Positions 26,691 to 40,155 of a stretch of DNA of 64,000 bases are shown one piece after another. Below the pieces are notes generated by a model that saw only the letters and a program-made list of their open reading frames with translations, had not been told where the DNA came from and made no database searches. The stretch comes from Octopus vulgaris (taxonomy: Eukaryota): contig OX597821.1 of the NCBI GenBank assembly GCA_951406725.2, positions 92,318,001 to 92,382,000 of the forward strand, in the 5' to 3' direction. Numbering within the stretch: position 1 is the first letter of the stretch; each line of letters begins with the position of its first letter. Position numbers and translations under genes: made by a program.

Positions 26691-27082
26691 ATATATGTAA
26701 GCACACAAATATACTGGAACATAGACATATGAACACATGCACACATACATTCAAACACACTGAATCAAGCACAGACACACTCACATAAACACACACACAA
26801 ACATACACATACATATATAAATATATGCACACACATAAATATACACACACACACACACTGTTGTGATTTTACGTAATTATTTTATAGTTCTCAGATGCAG
26901 CTATTTGATTACCTAAAATAGCCATAGAATTTGAACCTGTTTCATCTGACTTCGTACATTTAAATTATAATAAAGTGTCATTAGAATATTAAATGGAAAG
27001 TAAAAATTAGTGACTTCAATAATAATTAGGTGAATATATTGGTTCGTTTGTTTAAATATGTAGACTCTTCTTTTGTTTGAGT

Positions 27083-27244
27083 ACGGCTGTGTGGTAAGTA
27101 GCTTGCTTATAAACCACATGGTTCCGGGTTCAGTCCCACTGCGTGGCACCTTGGGCAAGTGACTTCTACTATAGCCTTGGACTAACCAAAGCCTTGTGGG
27201 TTGATTTGGTAGACAGAAACCGAAAGAAGCCCATCATATATATG

Positions 27245-27308
<64 letters not shown>

Positions 27309-27663
27309 CTAAGTAATTAAGGGTTTAGCAACGAATTGCCTCACCAACACACCGAATTTAGAAATAGCAGTCAAAGAGATATAGCTATTCCTTCTACTAA
27401 AAGGGGGATCTCAGTAAAAACACAGCTGTGTTTTTGCTGTGTTTTTACTGAGATCCCCCTTTTAGTAGAAGGAATAGCTATATCTCTTTGACTGCTATTT
27501 CTAAATTCGGTGTGTTGGTGAGGCAATTCGTTGCTAAACCCTTAATTACTTAGTATTACTTAAATTTTCCTCGAATGGGGCTTTTACATGCCAAAATCTA
27601 CTTGGTGTAATTGATAATTATCCCTAATTAATTAATTTCACCCTTTATTATTACTGATAACTA

Positions 27664-27702
<39 letters not shown>

Positions 27703-27925
27703 TTGTGTATATGTTTGTGTGTCTGTGTTTGTCCCATCCAACAATACTTGACAACTGATGCTGGTGTGTTTACGTCCCCGTAGCTTAGCGGTTCAGGAAA
27801 AGAGACCGGTAGAATAAGTACTAAGCTTCCAAAGAATAAGTCCTGGGGTCGATTTGCTCGACTAAAGGCAGTGCTCCAGCATGGACACATTCAAATGACT
27901 GAAACAAGGAAAAGAGTAAAAGAGT
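27083..27925 (+). mobile_element. Family A SINE interrupted in its (TA)n tract by a ~350-bp fold-back insert
   Basis: 5' half at 27083-27240, 3' half at 27690-27925. Confidence 0.85.
27306..27556. repeat. Perfect 121-bp inverted repeat with a 9-nt spacer
   Basis: 27306-27426 is the exact reverse complement of 27436-27556. Confidence 0.97.
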
Positions 27926-29317
27926 TGTGCTAGATATCAATAGTGTATATTTGTATCTTACTGAATAAGTATAAATTAAAGTGTGTAAATTGGTTGCAAG
28001 AGCTGGTCGAGTTGTAAGCAAATAAAAGCCCAAGTTTACTGCTTTCTTTCTCGAACTGTTGAAAATACTTCACACACACACATTGCCCTCAAAACAATTG
28101 TCTGTACCTTGGCTAAATAAACCCACGCTATCTTAAGCACACAGATTTCATATATTCAAGAACCATAATTATTTATCCTTGAAGCCATTGACTGCGATGC
28201 CCTCATCCTCAATGCTCTGATCTTCATTACCCCAATCCATAATGCCTAGGAGACAGTTTCTCAAAAATATTTATTCTATATGGACACTATTGTTTAGTCA
28301 GTGCACAAATGATGATAAGAAGCGAAATGTTGTTTATGAAAGACAATAAATGAAAGCGCTATCCATTCTGAATGCTATCTCTTCCCTCATTGCATATAAT
28401 AATTACAGCTGCTAATTAAATCTTGTCCGATCTAGCTGGTCGGTAATCATGTTATTAAGTACTGCTACAGTGGTTTAGTGGGGTTTTAGTGGGATTTAAT
28501 GTTACCAAATGGGGAAACAGTCACAGAATTACTATGGATAACGATGAAGGAGACATTAATGGAGAGGAACCTTGATGTTGACGATGGTAATGACGGCAAT
28601 GGTAATGATGATGATGATGATGATGAAGATGATGGTAGTGGTGGTGGTGGTGGTGGTGATAGTATTGACTATAACAAAGGTAATGATGTTATAATGAGGA
28701 CATTAATAGTGGTGGTGGCGGCAGTGGTGATGGTGGGGGTGGCGATGGTAGCAACAGCAGTGGAGATAGTGGTGGACAGGGGCGGGGGTTGCTGATGATT
28801 ATGATGACGATGATGACAATGAAGAGAAGGAAGCAAGGAAAGATGAGGTGGATAAGAAGATTGATTATATTTCTGTCATACTTGTATTTAAATTACAAGT
28901 TTACTCTACTCTTGGAATAAACTTTTGATTAACAGTAATATTGATAATAATAATTTCTAACAGAGGCACAGGGCTGGAAATTCAGGAAGAAGGAATAGTC
29001 ATAGGCACAGGAGTGGCTTTGTGGTAATTTGCTTGCTTAACAACCACATAGTTCCAGGTTCCGTCCCACTGCGTGGCACCTTGGGCAAGTGTCTTCTTAA
29101 AGCACAAGAATATGTGCAGGTGTTTGCTGCAAAAAAACCCTACATGTTGTAACACATTGCCCTTGGTCTTGAAGTTTAGGTAGATGGCACCATAGATTAT
29201 GCCGCTCTCTATGTACAAGATGCTAGTCCAGGCATTTGATAGAGATTCCTGTAATTGGTCCTTCAAAGCTACAAAAAAACCTTCTCATCCTCCCACCATA
29301 CTATGATAGTAAGTCAG

Positions 29318-29530
29318 GCGGCGAGCTGGCGGAATCGTTAGCACGCCGGGCGAAATGCTCAGCAGTATTTCGTCTGTCGCTACGTTCTGAGTTCAAATTG
29401 GCTGAGGTCGACTTTGCCTTTCATCCTTTCGGGTCGATTAAACAAGTACCAGTTACGCACTGGGGTCGATATAATCTACTATTACGTTTGTCCCTTCTGT
29501 GTTTAGCCCCTTGTGGGTAGTAAAGAAATA
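29318..29530 (+). mobile_element. Family B SINE (Meta-domain-like core) with 13-bp TSD (representative of ~15 copies)
   Basis: gcggcgagctggc...gagttcaaatt...gtcgactttgcctttcatcctttcgggtcgat..aagtaccag. TSD gatagtaagtcag at 29305 and 29531. Confidence 0.88.
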
Positions 29531-29814
29531 GATAGTAAGTCAGTTTCATCTTGGCTTCTTCCTGAAAATATATTGGTATCACATTTTGGCACAAGGCCAG
29601 CAATTATGAGGGAAGGGCAAGTTGATTACAGTGTATCCAATGATCAACAGATACTTATTATTTTATCAACCCAAAAGGATGAAAGATAAAATCAACCTCA
29701 GCAGAATTTGAACTCAGAACATAAAGATGGGCGAAATGCCACTATGCAATTTTGCCTAGCGGGCTAACAATTCTACCAACTGACCACCTTTTTTCCTGAA
29801 AATATTATTCTTTC

Positions 29815-30220
29815 TCTTTTACCCTTTTACTTGTTTCAGTCATTTGACTGTGGCCATGCTGTAGCACCGCCTTTAGTCGAGCAAATCGACCTCAGGACTT
29901 ATTCTTTGTAATCCTAGTACTTATTCTATCAGTTCTTTTGCTGAACTGCTAAGTTATGGGGACGTAAACACACCAGCATTGGTTGTCAAGCTATGTTGGA
30001 GGGACAAACACAGACACACGAACATATACACACACATACATACATATATATATATATGTATATGCAATGGACTTTTCATCTACCATATTCACTCACAAGG
30101 CTTTGGTCAGCCTGAGGCTATAGTAGAAGGCATTTACCCAAGATGCCACACAGTGGGACTGAACCCGGAACCATGTGGTTCATAAGCAAGCTACTTACCA
30201 CACAGCCACTCCTATGCCTA
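29815..30220 (-). mobile_element. Family A SINE
   Basis: Consensus match. Confidence 0.85.
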
Positions 30221-30431
30221 TATATATAAAAAAGAACCATGAGAGGGAGGCCTTTTTATTATATAATAGTTCCAAGTTTCTGCCAGGAGTGTACAATGCC
30301 TAAATTAAAAATTCGATGTTCTAACACTGAGTTTAGTTAATTCGGTCAAACCTTACATCATTTGTTCATTTTTTGTTCAGCATCATCATCTGTGAAAATA
30401 TCTACGATCTTTTTAATTTTGCTTCTTGGTA

Positions 30432-30850
30432 TACTCTTTACTCTTTAGCTCTTTTACTTGTTTCAGTCATTTGACTGCGGCCATGCTGGAGCACCGCCTT
30501 TAATCGAGCAACTCGACCTCGGGACTTATTCTTTTTGTAAGCCCAGTACTTATTCTATCGGTCTCTTTTGCCGAACCGCTAAGTAATGGGGACATAAACA
30601 CACCAACATCGGTTGTCAAGCAATGCTAGGGGACAAACACAGACACACAAATACACACATGCATATATATATATATACATATATACGACGGGCTTCTTTC
30701 AGTTTCTGTCTACCAAATCCACTCACAAGGCTTTGGTCGGCCTGAGGCTATAGTAGAAGACACACTTGCCCAAGGTGCCACACAGTGGGACTGAACCCGG
30801 AACCATGTGGTTGGTAAACAAGCTACTTACCACACAGCCACTCCTGCGCC
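30432..30850 (-). mobile_element. Family A tRNA-derived CORE-type SINE, full length with 8-bp TSD (representative of ~25 copies)
   Basis: A/B boxes tggctgtgtgg...ggttcagtccc, ccttgggcaagt core, internal (TA)/(TG) tract, 3' stem-loop cagtca-aa-tgactg and (AAAAGAGT)n tail. TSD cttggtat at 30425 and 30850. Confidence 0.9.
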
Positions 30851-31282
30851 TTGGTATGTTCTTGAAATCACTCAAATTAAAATAATAACTTTGTGAAGAC
30901 AATTTTCTTTCTGTAAGTTATATAAGTATTGATAAAAGCTGGCTTTGCTTTATATCTATGAAAACAATTGGTGGGTGAAACTCGGTTGGCTTGACACATT
31001 TATGATTATGAATCACGTCAAATCAAAGTAAAGTTCAAAACAATCAATAAAATTAATTCTTTTCTAGTTTGTCTTTTCTTTTTTTTGTTTTTACTTGGGG
31101 GTTCTGCATCATTTAAATACAGGAAAAAAAAAAATGATTTGCCTTGAAAATCAGTTCATGTGACACAAAGTTAAATACAAAATTTTTAATTTTTGAAAAT
31201 CCTTTTGTAGATGAACTGAACTAAAAGCTAACAGCAACAGCAGGGGAAAATACGTTGATTCAAGCTGACATTCAACAATGAA

Positions 31283-31350
<68 letters not shown>

Positions 31351-31351
<1 letters not shown>

Positions 31352-33100
31352 TACATACTGTTTGCATTTTCTCAAATGATGTAAGAGTGGAATTTGGGAT
31401 TGAAAAGTATGCTCTTTTGATAATGAAACAAGAATGATTTGCAGGAAACCAGTGAGTTGGAATTCCAGATGGGCAAACAATGAAATCAGATGAAAAAAGG
31501 ACAGTGATATAAGTGTTTGAGAATAATGGATGGAGATGAAATAAAACATGATGAGATGAAGTAAATTACAAGTAAGGAGTATACAAGGAGAGTGAGGAAA
31601 ATATTAGAGTCAAGGCAAAATTCAAGAAGTGTAATTGAAGAGATTAATTCAAAAGCAGTGCTGGCAATCAGATATGGTGCCGGAATTGGGGATTGGACAA
31701 AAATTGAAATGCATAAATAAATAATTAAATGTGCCTTTTTAAAAGCTTATCCAGGCTCATGGGCCCAGTTTTCTGGTTTCTATGGTATATGTGTTCTCCA
31801 GTCGGATGGGACGTCAGTCCATCGCAGCGTTACTCATTTTTGCCAGCTGAGTGAACTGGAGCAACTTGAAATGAAGTGTTTTGCTCAAGAACACAATGTG
31901 TCACCCGGTCCAGGAATCGAAACCACAATCATACAATCATGATGCTGACACCCTAACCACTAAGCCATGCACCTCAACAAAATAAATAAATGCACCCTTT
32001 TAAAGCCTAGCAAGGCTCATGGGCCCGGTTTCCCAGTTTCTATGGTGTATGTATTCCCCAGCTGGATGGGACGCCTGTCCATCACGGCATTACTCATTTT
32101 TGCCAGCTGAGTGGACTGGAGCAACGTGAAATGAAGTGTTTTGCTCAAGAACACAATGCGTCGCCCAGTCCAGGAATTGAAACCACAATCTTACGATTAT
32201 GATGCTGACACCCTAACCACTAAGCCACGTGCCACCACTGAAATGCATAAACTTGATTGAAAAACCAGAAAGCATTTGAATATGTCTGGAGCCCACCATC
32301 CAAAAGTTGATTGTAACTGGTTTGTACTTAAAGAAAGACCAAGGTGGAAGAGTATGTGCAGATGGAATGAAACAGCTTAGTAGATCATTTACTGAACAAC
32401 ACAGAAAAGTTACTAAAGGCAGGGAATAAAGACCAGTGAACAAGTCTTGAAAAGTAGGAAAGGACAAGAATGAAATTCAAAGAGAACATGTTAAACAGAT
32501 TGATGAGAAATCTTTGCTTGGTCAAGTATAAAAAAAACCATTGAGGATGTGTGTGGAATAAAATTTGGGGCTTGGTTGAAAAAGTGGCAATTGAAAAAAG
32601 TAATAGAGAGCCTTGTTATAGCAGCCCAAGATCAAACACTGCAAGCAACTTGAGGGATTATGTGTATGAGGAGAAAGTGTTGAGAAAATGTAGAGTATGT
32701 GGAATTTCAGATGAATCAATGGCACTCATTGCTGCAGAATGCACCAAGTTGACCCAAGAAAAATATGAGAAATGGAAACATGATCAAGTAGTGAAGGTTT
32801 TACACTGAAAGCTTTGTCTGAAATGGGAGTCTGAAGGAGGAAGTATATGGTACAATCATCAGGTGGAAAGAGTACTTGAATCAGACCCATGCATGATTTT
32901 ATAGGATTTTTTCAATTTAAACATATAAGAAGATAGAACACAACAAGCCATATATTACAATAATAGACAAGGAATATTCGAATTTGCTTAGTGGCTGACC
33001 CATCATATTCATTTGGTACCAGGACTAGGAAGGAAGCAGAAGAAAGGTTGAAAAATTAAAACCCCTTAACATTTGAGATTGTGAGGATTTGGAACTAATG
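31351..33100 (+). mobile_element. Decayed R4/Dong-like (restriction-like endonuclease) non-LTR retrotransposon, 3' half
   Basis: Broken frames give FGIEK, AIRYGAGIGDW, IAAQDQTL, CRVCG...ECTKLTQEKYEKWKHDQVVKVLH and EHNKPYITIIDK (CCHC knuckle plus RLE region). Starts at an (AAT)n tract and is interrupted by a SINE dimer. Confidence 0.78.
31718..32238 (-). mobile_element. Head-to-tail dimer of a CORE-like SINE (head C, tail Y) with one 13-bp TSD
   Basis: Two ~260-bp copies. tgaaatgcataaa at 31705 and 32239. Confidence 0.88.
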
Positions 33101-33801
33101 AACACCAAATACACGCACAAGCATAAGGAAGTGCTGTACATACACTGAAAAATATAAATAGGTGCAGGTATGACTGTGTGCTAAGAAGCTTTCTTTGCAA
33201 CCACAAGGTTCAGAGTTCAGTCCCACAGCATGGCACCTTGGGAAAGTGTCTTTTTATAGACCCTCGTTACGACCAAAGTGATAATGAATACCACAAGGTA
33301 TTTGTCCCATATTCTGACACTTTTGCCAAGTAATGTTTATTTATATTAACGCTAAGCAAGAAGGATATGAGTTTGTGTGTGTGTGTGCATGTGTGTAAAG
33401 GATCTATAAATTTGATGCTATTAAAAAAGACAAAAAAAAAATCCTTTTTATAGCTATTTCAATTGTGGCGGATGATGAGCTGGTATCTCTCAAAGAAAAT
33501 CTCAAAAAAACTATCCGATTATAAAGACCTCAGAAAAGAGAGAGAGACACATTAAATAGTATCTTATTCTTATACCCTGCCTGAAAACGAATAGGTCAGG
33601 ATTAATTTCATGTGTGACTGTGAGAGTTCTTGTCCATATATATGGCTGCTTGTACATATGTGTATATATGTGTATGAGTGTATATTTATGTGTGTATGAA
33701 TGTGTATGCATGTATATGTGTGTGTGTGTGTATATGTATGTGATATGCCTGTGTATGCTTATATGTATATATAGTGTATATATAAATATGTATAAATACA
33801 C

Positions 33802-33840
<39 letters not shown>

Positions 33841-33853
33841 AAAATATTGTACA

Positions 33854-33884
<31 letters not shown>

Positions 33885-34862
33885 CAATTTATGCATGTGT
33901 AAATATGTGTGCACGTGTAAATATGTGTGCATGTGTAAATATGTGTGCATGTGTGTGTTTGTCCATGTGTGTGTGTGCATGTGTGTGCATGTGTGCATGT
34001 GAATATGAGTGTGTTTGTCAGTGTAGGTGTGCATGTGTCACTGTAGGTGTTACTTTAGTGCACTGGAGATTGCGTCTCTGTGATGCTTTCTCTGTTCACT
34101 AAACATTTTGTCTCAGATTTCCAAAGTAATTTATTTACCTTTGTTAATGCCTCAACGCTTCCTTTCCATTTTACTCCTCTATTGAAATCCCTCAGCCAAT
34201 AAAGCATCTGAAATCCCCGCCTATTCTGTTAACCCCTGAATCTACTAATATCATAATCCTTTACTTCAGTCATAAAAAAAAAGACCACCATTCAACTTTT
34301 TCATTCAGAGTTATTAATCTAAACTTCCTATAACTTGCCTTAGCATATCTCTTATTTCATAGAATCTAGTTCATTTGACACATTAATTTCCTTTCTTTGC
34401 CAATTTCTAATAGAATTTTGATTACCTTTGCATCTCTAACCATTATATAATAGTCATTGTAAATATTTTCAACATTTTTCTATCAAGGTATTTGATGATT
34501 ATGCATTTTTTTGGTTCAATTAATAGATTTTTTTTCTTTCCTCTCCTGGTATTAACTCTACCCAGTGCTAAGCTTAAGTAGTAAGTCTGCTTCCCAAATA
34601 AAATCCGTTATGGCCATAACTTAAATTTTAAATTAAACCACATCCCAAAACGTTGCTCCATCACTATTATACAGTGAACCCTTAACTTTATCCTTTTATT
34701 TCTTTTCCTTTCTTCTGAACAATTCCATTAATCCCATCCACAAAATGATTTTTCTTAATACCTCTGATGTGACCAAAATGATTGAAACATATATAAAGCT
34801 ATAAACTTTATATCTATATATACACACACACACACACACACACTCACACACATATACACACA

Positions 34863-35405
34863 CTAGCAATACATCCCGGCGTTGCCCAGGTGTTATGACC
34901 TACAGCCACATTGTTTAAAAGTGAAGTAGAGGAGGATACAATTTACATGGGTTTGCATGAAAGTGCTTTATGTTCTTAAGAAGGGTCATGAACTATGTAT
35001 TGTTTCATCATATAAAACAGGGTTAATACGATTTTGCCTAGAAATCACTTTTCCAAAGTTTTAATTTCCAACCCGACCCCATTACAATTTCTTAATTTGT
35101 AACTTTTTTAAGAATCTTTTTTTTTTTATCCTTGTAGAAAAATACAGAGGTTAAGAATCTGGGAAATACTCTTTTACTCTTTTACTTGTTTCAGTCATTT
35201 GACTGTGGTCATGCTGGAGCACTGCCTTTAGTCAAGCAAATCGACCCCAGGACTTATTCTTTGGAAGCCTAGTTCTTATTCTATCAGTCTCTTTTGCCGA
35301 ACCATGAAGTTACAGTGATGTAAACACACCAGCATCGGTTGTCAAGTGATGTTGGGTGGACAAACACAGACACACAAACATATACACACACAAACATATA
35401 CACAC

Positions 35406-35454
<49 letters not shown>

Positions 35455-36350
35455 ATGTTTTTCTTTCAGTTTCTGTCTACCAAATCCACTCACAAGGCTT
35501 TGGTCGGCCTGAGGCTATAGTAGAAGACACTTGCCCAAGGTGCCATGCAGTGGGACTGAACCTGGAACCATGTGGTTGGTAAGCAAGCTACTTACCACAC
35601 AGCCACTCCTAAAAGTTTCATTTTTCCTAAAGAAACACCCAGTGCCCCATGCCCTACCTTGCCCACCCATCACCTCTCCACTTTCAAAAAGTTAAAACCT
35701 CCCAATGTTTCACTTTTGTTTGATGTTTCATGCATGCATAGAATTGTGCTGAAATAGCAGACATAGAATATACCAGACCACCACCAGAAAACCTGACATG
35801 TTAGAAACAACAGGTAAATGACATTATTTCTGAAGAAACTTCCCTATTTTCTGAAAGGTTAAAAGTTAAACATTGGGAGTTTGTAGGATTTTGAAAGTGG
35901 TGAGGTCATGGGTGGATGTTTGAAAAGGAATTTTAGTGTTTCTTTAAGAAAAAAGGGAGAGGAAAATTATTAAAGATTCATATGCACTGTTTTTTCTGTG
36001 GATTATCAAGAAAACACTTGGAAAAAAAGTAAAAATGAAGAAATTGGGGTGGGGAAGGAGAGAATCGAAATATTGTGAATGAATTTTTGGGGCGAAATCT
36101 TAATCTCCTGTATCAAAAACAAAGGAATCAGAAGACATATAGGAAAAAAAATAAGTTGTAGGGGGAGGCGCAAATGTCACCTTGGACATGCTAGAAACAA
36201 CAGGTAAAGGAAAGGATTTCTGGGAAAACTTCCTTTTAAATTTATATCGGAGATCAGGTTTTTAAGTATGTTTGTCACAAACACAAATTACAGAATGGCA
36301 AATGGACATTTCAATTGAGTTTGAGCTGTAATTTTGCACATGCACACAGA
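34863..36350 (-). mobile_element. Non-autonomous Helitron-like element (3' end clear, 5' extent uncertain)
   Basis: Minus strand ends cctgggcaacgccggg-atgtattg-CTAG|T (GC hairpin plus CTAG). Internal duplicate gacatgYtagaaacaacaggtaaa at 35795 and 36186. Family A SINE nested at 35168-35610. Confidence 0.6.
35168..35610 (-). mobile_element. Family A SINE
   Basis: Consensus match. Confidence 0.88.
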
Positions 36351-36398
36351 AACAAAGCAAGAAATAGCATAATTCATACAGAAATTTTACCTAGAGAA

Positions 36399-36447
<49 letters not shown>

Positions 36448-37650
36448 CAAAGGAAGTTATTTTATGGCATTCCTTCGTTTGAAGCTGCAAAGTTGTGAAC
36501 TCAGTCATATCATTGATCATATGGGATCATATGATTGTTTGTTAATTTCTGTAAAAATTCTTTTTATTTCTTATGCTTTGAAGAGAGCAGAAATTGAAAG
36601 AGATGAAAATGAAAGATGTATTTATGTGGATATGAAATGGACATGTGTGTATGTTTATGTGAGCGTGTGTGAGTGAAAGAGAGAGAGGGAGAGAGAGTGT
36701 GTGTGAGTGAATGAAGACGTGTAGTCATGTATGTAATTTTTGCATGTATGTGTAAGTGGCACTCATTCATTCTCTCTCTCTCTCACACACACACACAAAT
36801 TTATTTTTCATATACACATACATAAATACATATGCATACATATTTTTTGTATGTATGTGTGCATGTGCATGTGAGAGAGAGAGAGGGAGAGTGAGTAACT
36901 GTATTTCCTCATAACATAGAGAAATGGGTGACTTTTAATGAAATTTTTTGGTTGTGGCTTATTTTAATACAATATTTATGTGTACATTTTCATAAATGTT
37001 TGTCTGAGTAGAATTCTGCACATGCATGAAACATTAAACGAAAGTGAAACATTGGAAGCAATTCAAAATATTGCCTGAAAATGACCTCAAAATTGTGCAA
37101 CCTGACCTTGTTTCCAAGGTTATTTTAGTTGTAAAAATGAGTTGTGCCAAAAACATAGTTTGTTTTATAGATAGATGATAATCAGCTTTCTTTATTATAG
37201 CACAGATGTGACTAATTCAGAGAAACATTACTTTTTTATTCACACATTGTCACTCTTGTAATGCAACACTTTGCGAGTTTGGTTCAAATTGAAAGCATGA
37301 AACAATATTAACTTTCTTATGAAACCTGGTCGTCATAGAGCAATGTATTTCAAATAACTTTAGCTGGTTGTTGAGATAATGTAGAAAATATGTAAATGAA
37401 AATAAAGTTTATTTGGTAACCGAAAGATTACTGAATCATTTGATACCCCATTCATCAAAACCGGAAACTCAGTTTTCAAATTATAAGGAACATACACAAA
37501 CACACACAAACAAACACTATTTTATACATGCATATATATATATATATATATACACATCTCTCTCTTTCTCTCTCTCTCTCTCACTCTGTATATATATATA
37601 TATATAGCTATTACACACATTTTTTTTCTCTCCGTGTTTTTTCTGTGTAC

Positions 37651-37686
37651 CTTTCTGTAGAAGAGCGTAGGCTCGAAACGTAAAAG
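37651..37686 (+). ncRNA. Minimal hammerhead-like motif in a ~165-bp element flanked by (TA)n
   Basis: CUUU-CUGUAGA-A-GAGC-guag-GCUC-GAAA-CG-UA^AAAG. A second, more decayed copy lies on the minus strand near 12715-12760. Confidence 0.6.
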
Positions 37687-37775
37687 ACTTTTTCTATTCC
37701 TGAGCACTATACTAATACATCTGTTTATTTGTACACCACCTGCCTTTGTCTTTTGTTTATTTTCGTAAACATTCC

Positions 37776-37874
<99 letters not shown>

Positions 37875-38801
37875 TTTACATATGGATAGATAGATAGATA
37901 GATAGATAGTGTTGTGTTTATTTATTGGGGAGTCCAGATTGAGCAGTCCTATAATTAAAAATATTCAAGCAATCACTATCCTATCTTGTATTCAAAAATA
38001 GTGTATCATTAATTATATAAGCATACACAGTGGGGAGTGATACTAAATTAATATTTCCAGTAAGTATATTTTTTTGGTTGAGAGTGGGGGGGGAGTGTAT
38101 TTACATATATGTACACAAACATTAAACATACACATGTATGCACATACATACTCATATAACTTACGTGTTTGTGTGTGAGTGTGTGTAATAGTGTGTGTAT
38201 GTGCGTGCATGTGTTAACAGTTCCACTCAGATTTGCAATATTAGAAGTTTCAGAAATGCAATAAAGTACATCTGATCATTCAGACGCATTAACACTGAGT
38301 AGTGAGGTAATCACAACTACTAAATATGGATGATTGTCATCAGCTGATAAGAAATGCTCATTTTTATTGGCTAGCTTGGGAACATGTTTTAACCAGTATT
38401 TTATTAATTGCTAGGTGCTTTTGCACCCGTGTACCACTACTGGATAGGAAGAAACATCAAAACAATAAATAGAAGTTTTCTCTCTTGCTTTTGCTCCAAA
38501 TTTCTGTGAAATTTTTAAAGGAAACAAAATTTATGCAGTAGCATTAAAAACTAGTCATTTAAAAGTAATCAGCTGAGAGCTACACTGGTGATAGTAGTAT
38601 GACTGTTTAGTTTCTGGTTAAAAGGACTTGGTTGAAATATTACCTGGCTTCATAACAGGTAAGGTCTGCCATCAAGAAGTGAATCCAGCCACAGACCTTA
38701 ACAAGCTTTGTGTGACCTATATGTGAGCATGGGAAACATGGGAAAGTGGTTTTTAAAATGGTAATTATGAGGTTGATGAAATATATATGCACACACATAT
38801 A

Positions 38802-38850
<49 letters not shown>

Positions 38851-38921
38851 CAGTAAAAATAATTATCGTTTAATTATAACAGACAATCAAGCCATACAGA
38901 TACAAACACACATTTATCTAC

Positions 38922-38952
<31 letters not shown>

Positions 38953-38957
38953 CATAC

Positions 38958-39022
<65 letters not shown>

Positions 39023-40108
39023 ATATACCCAAGACACATAAAGATGTAATTGGTTATTCATTTAGCTGTTTCAGTATTAACATCAATTGAAATCAATTCT
39101 ACTTCATGTCTTTGACAACAGAAATTCTACCTGGACTCTATATTACTCAAGTGTAATGCAAAATCTGATATTCTCTCTTCTATACACTCTTTCTTCCACT
39201 TCAATCAAATCTGATATATAACAGAAATTATTCAATCTTTAGTTTCATTCATAATTTTTTTTTTTATTCCTTTCACTTTTTCTATTAGATCTTTTATTTA
39301 TCTATGTTTAATTTCTTTCATGTTAGCTTTCTGCCTTTCTTCTTTTCTTTTTCTTTCTCTCCTTCTTCCTTTCCTAGTTTCCTTCCTTTTTTTTTTTTAA
39401 TTTTAATTGCTTTTCTGTTCTTCTTTTCTTTCACACTCTCTTTTTCTTTCTCTTTCTTTTCTACTTCTTTTCAATTTCATTTCTTTCATTATGGCTCTCT
39501 CTTCCTTCCTCAGTTTCCCTTTTCCCTATTTTTTACTTTGTTCTTTCATTTTTTTCTTTCCCTTCCTTTCCTGTTTTTCCTTTTTCCTTTATTCCTTCCT
39601 TTCTGTTTGTTTTTTTTTTTTTTTGCTTGCTTTGATTTTCTTTAATCCAATTTCTTTCAGCCCTGCTCCTCTTCATCATCATATTACGTCCGTTTTCCAT
39701 GCTGGCATGGGTTAGACAATTTGACAGGAACAACCCATGTCTTTCTTCTTTCCTTTCTTGCTCTCCTTAATTTTTCTTTCATTAACCTCATTTGTTCCTT
39801 CGTTTCCTTCTTTCATACCCACACCTTCATTCTGATGTATTTTCATTTTCTTTCTTCCTTCTTTCATTTGATCTTTAATTTCTTTCATATCACTTTTTCC
39901 CTCTTTCACACACCTTCACACACTCTTACACCTTTGGACACATATACCTGGGCACATACTATCACACACAAAACACAACAAACACATATTCCTCTGTTTA
40001 TATTTGCGCATGTCTACAATCAATTGAAAAGTCAATTCTCTCTCTCAGTATATATATATATATATATTCTTTTATTTGTTTAGCACCCCTACCCAGCACA
40101 AAGCAGTA

Positions 40109-40155
40109 TCTGTGGACCGTACGGTTTCAGGGTTATTTCTCTTTGTCAGCACAGA
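40109..40155 (-). ncRNA. Type I hammerhead ribozyme motif (two substitutions from canonical)
   Basis: UCUGUG-CUGACAA-AGAG-aaauaa-CCCU-GAAA-CCG-UA-CGG-UC^CACAGA: perfect 6-bp stem I, palindromic stem III and GUC cleavage triplet. Confidence 0.75.

Noticed and set aside
34136-34225. CCAAT plus GC-box promoter, or a 69-nt minus-strand exon
   Set aside because: Short motifs only, a poor acceptor tract and no linked gene.
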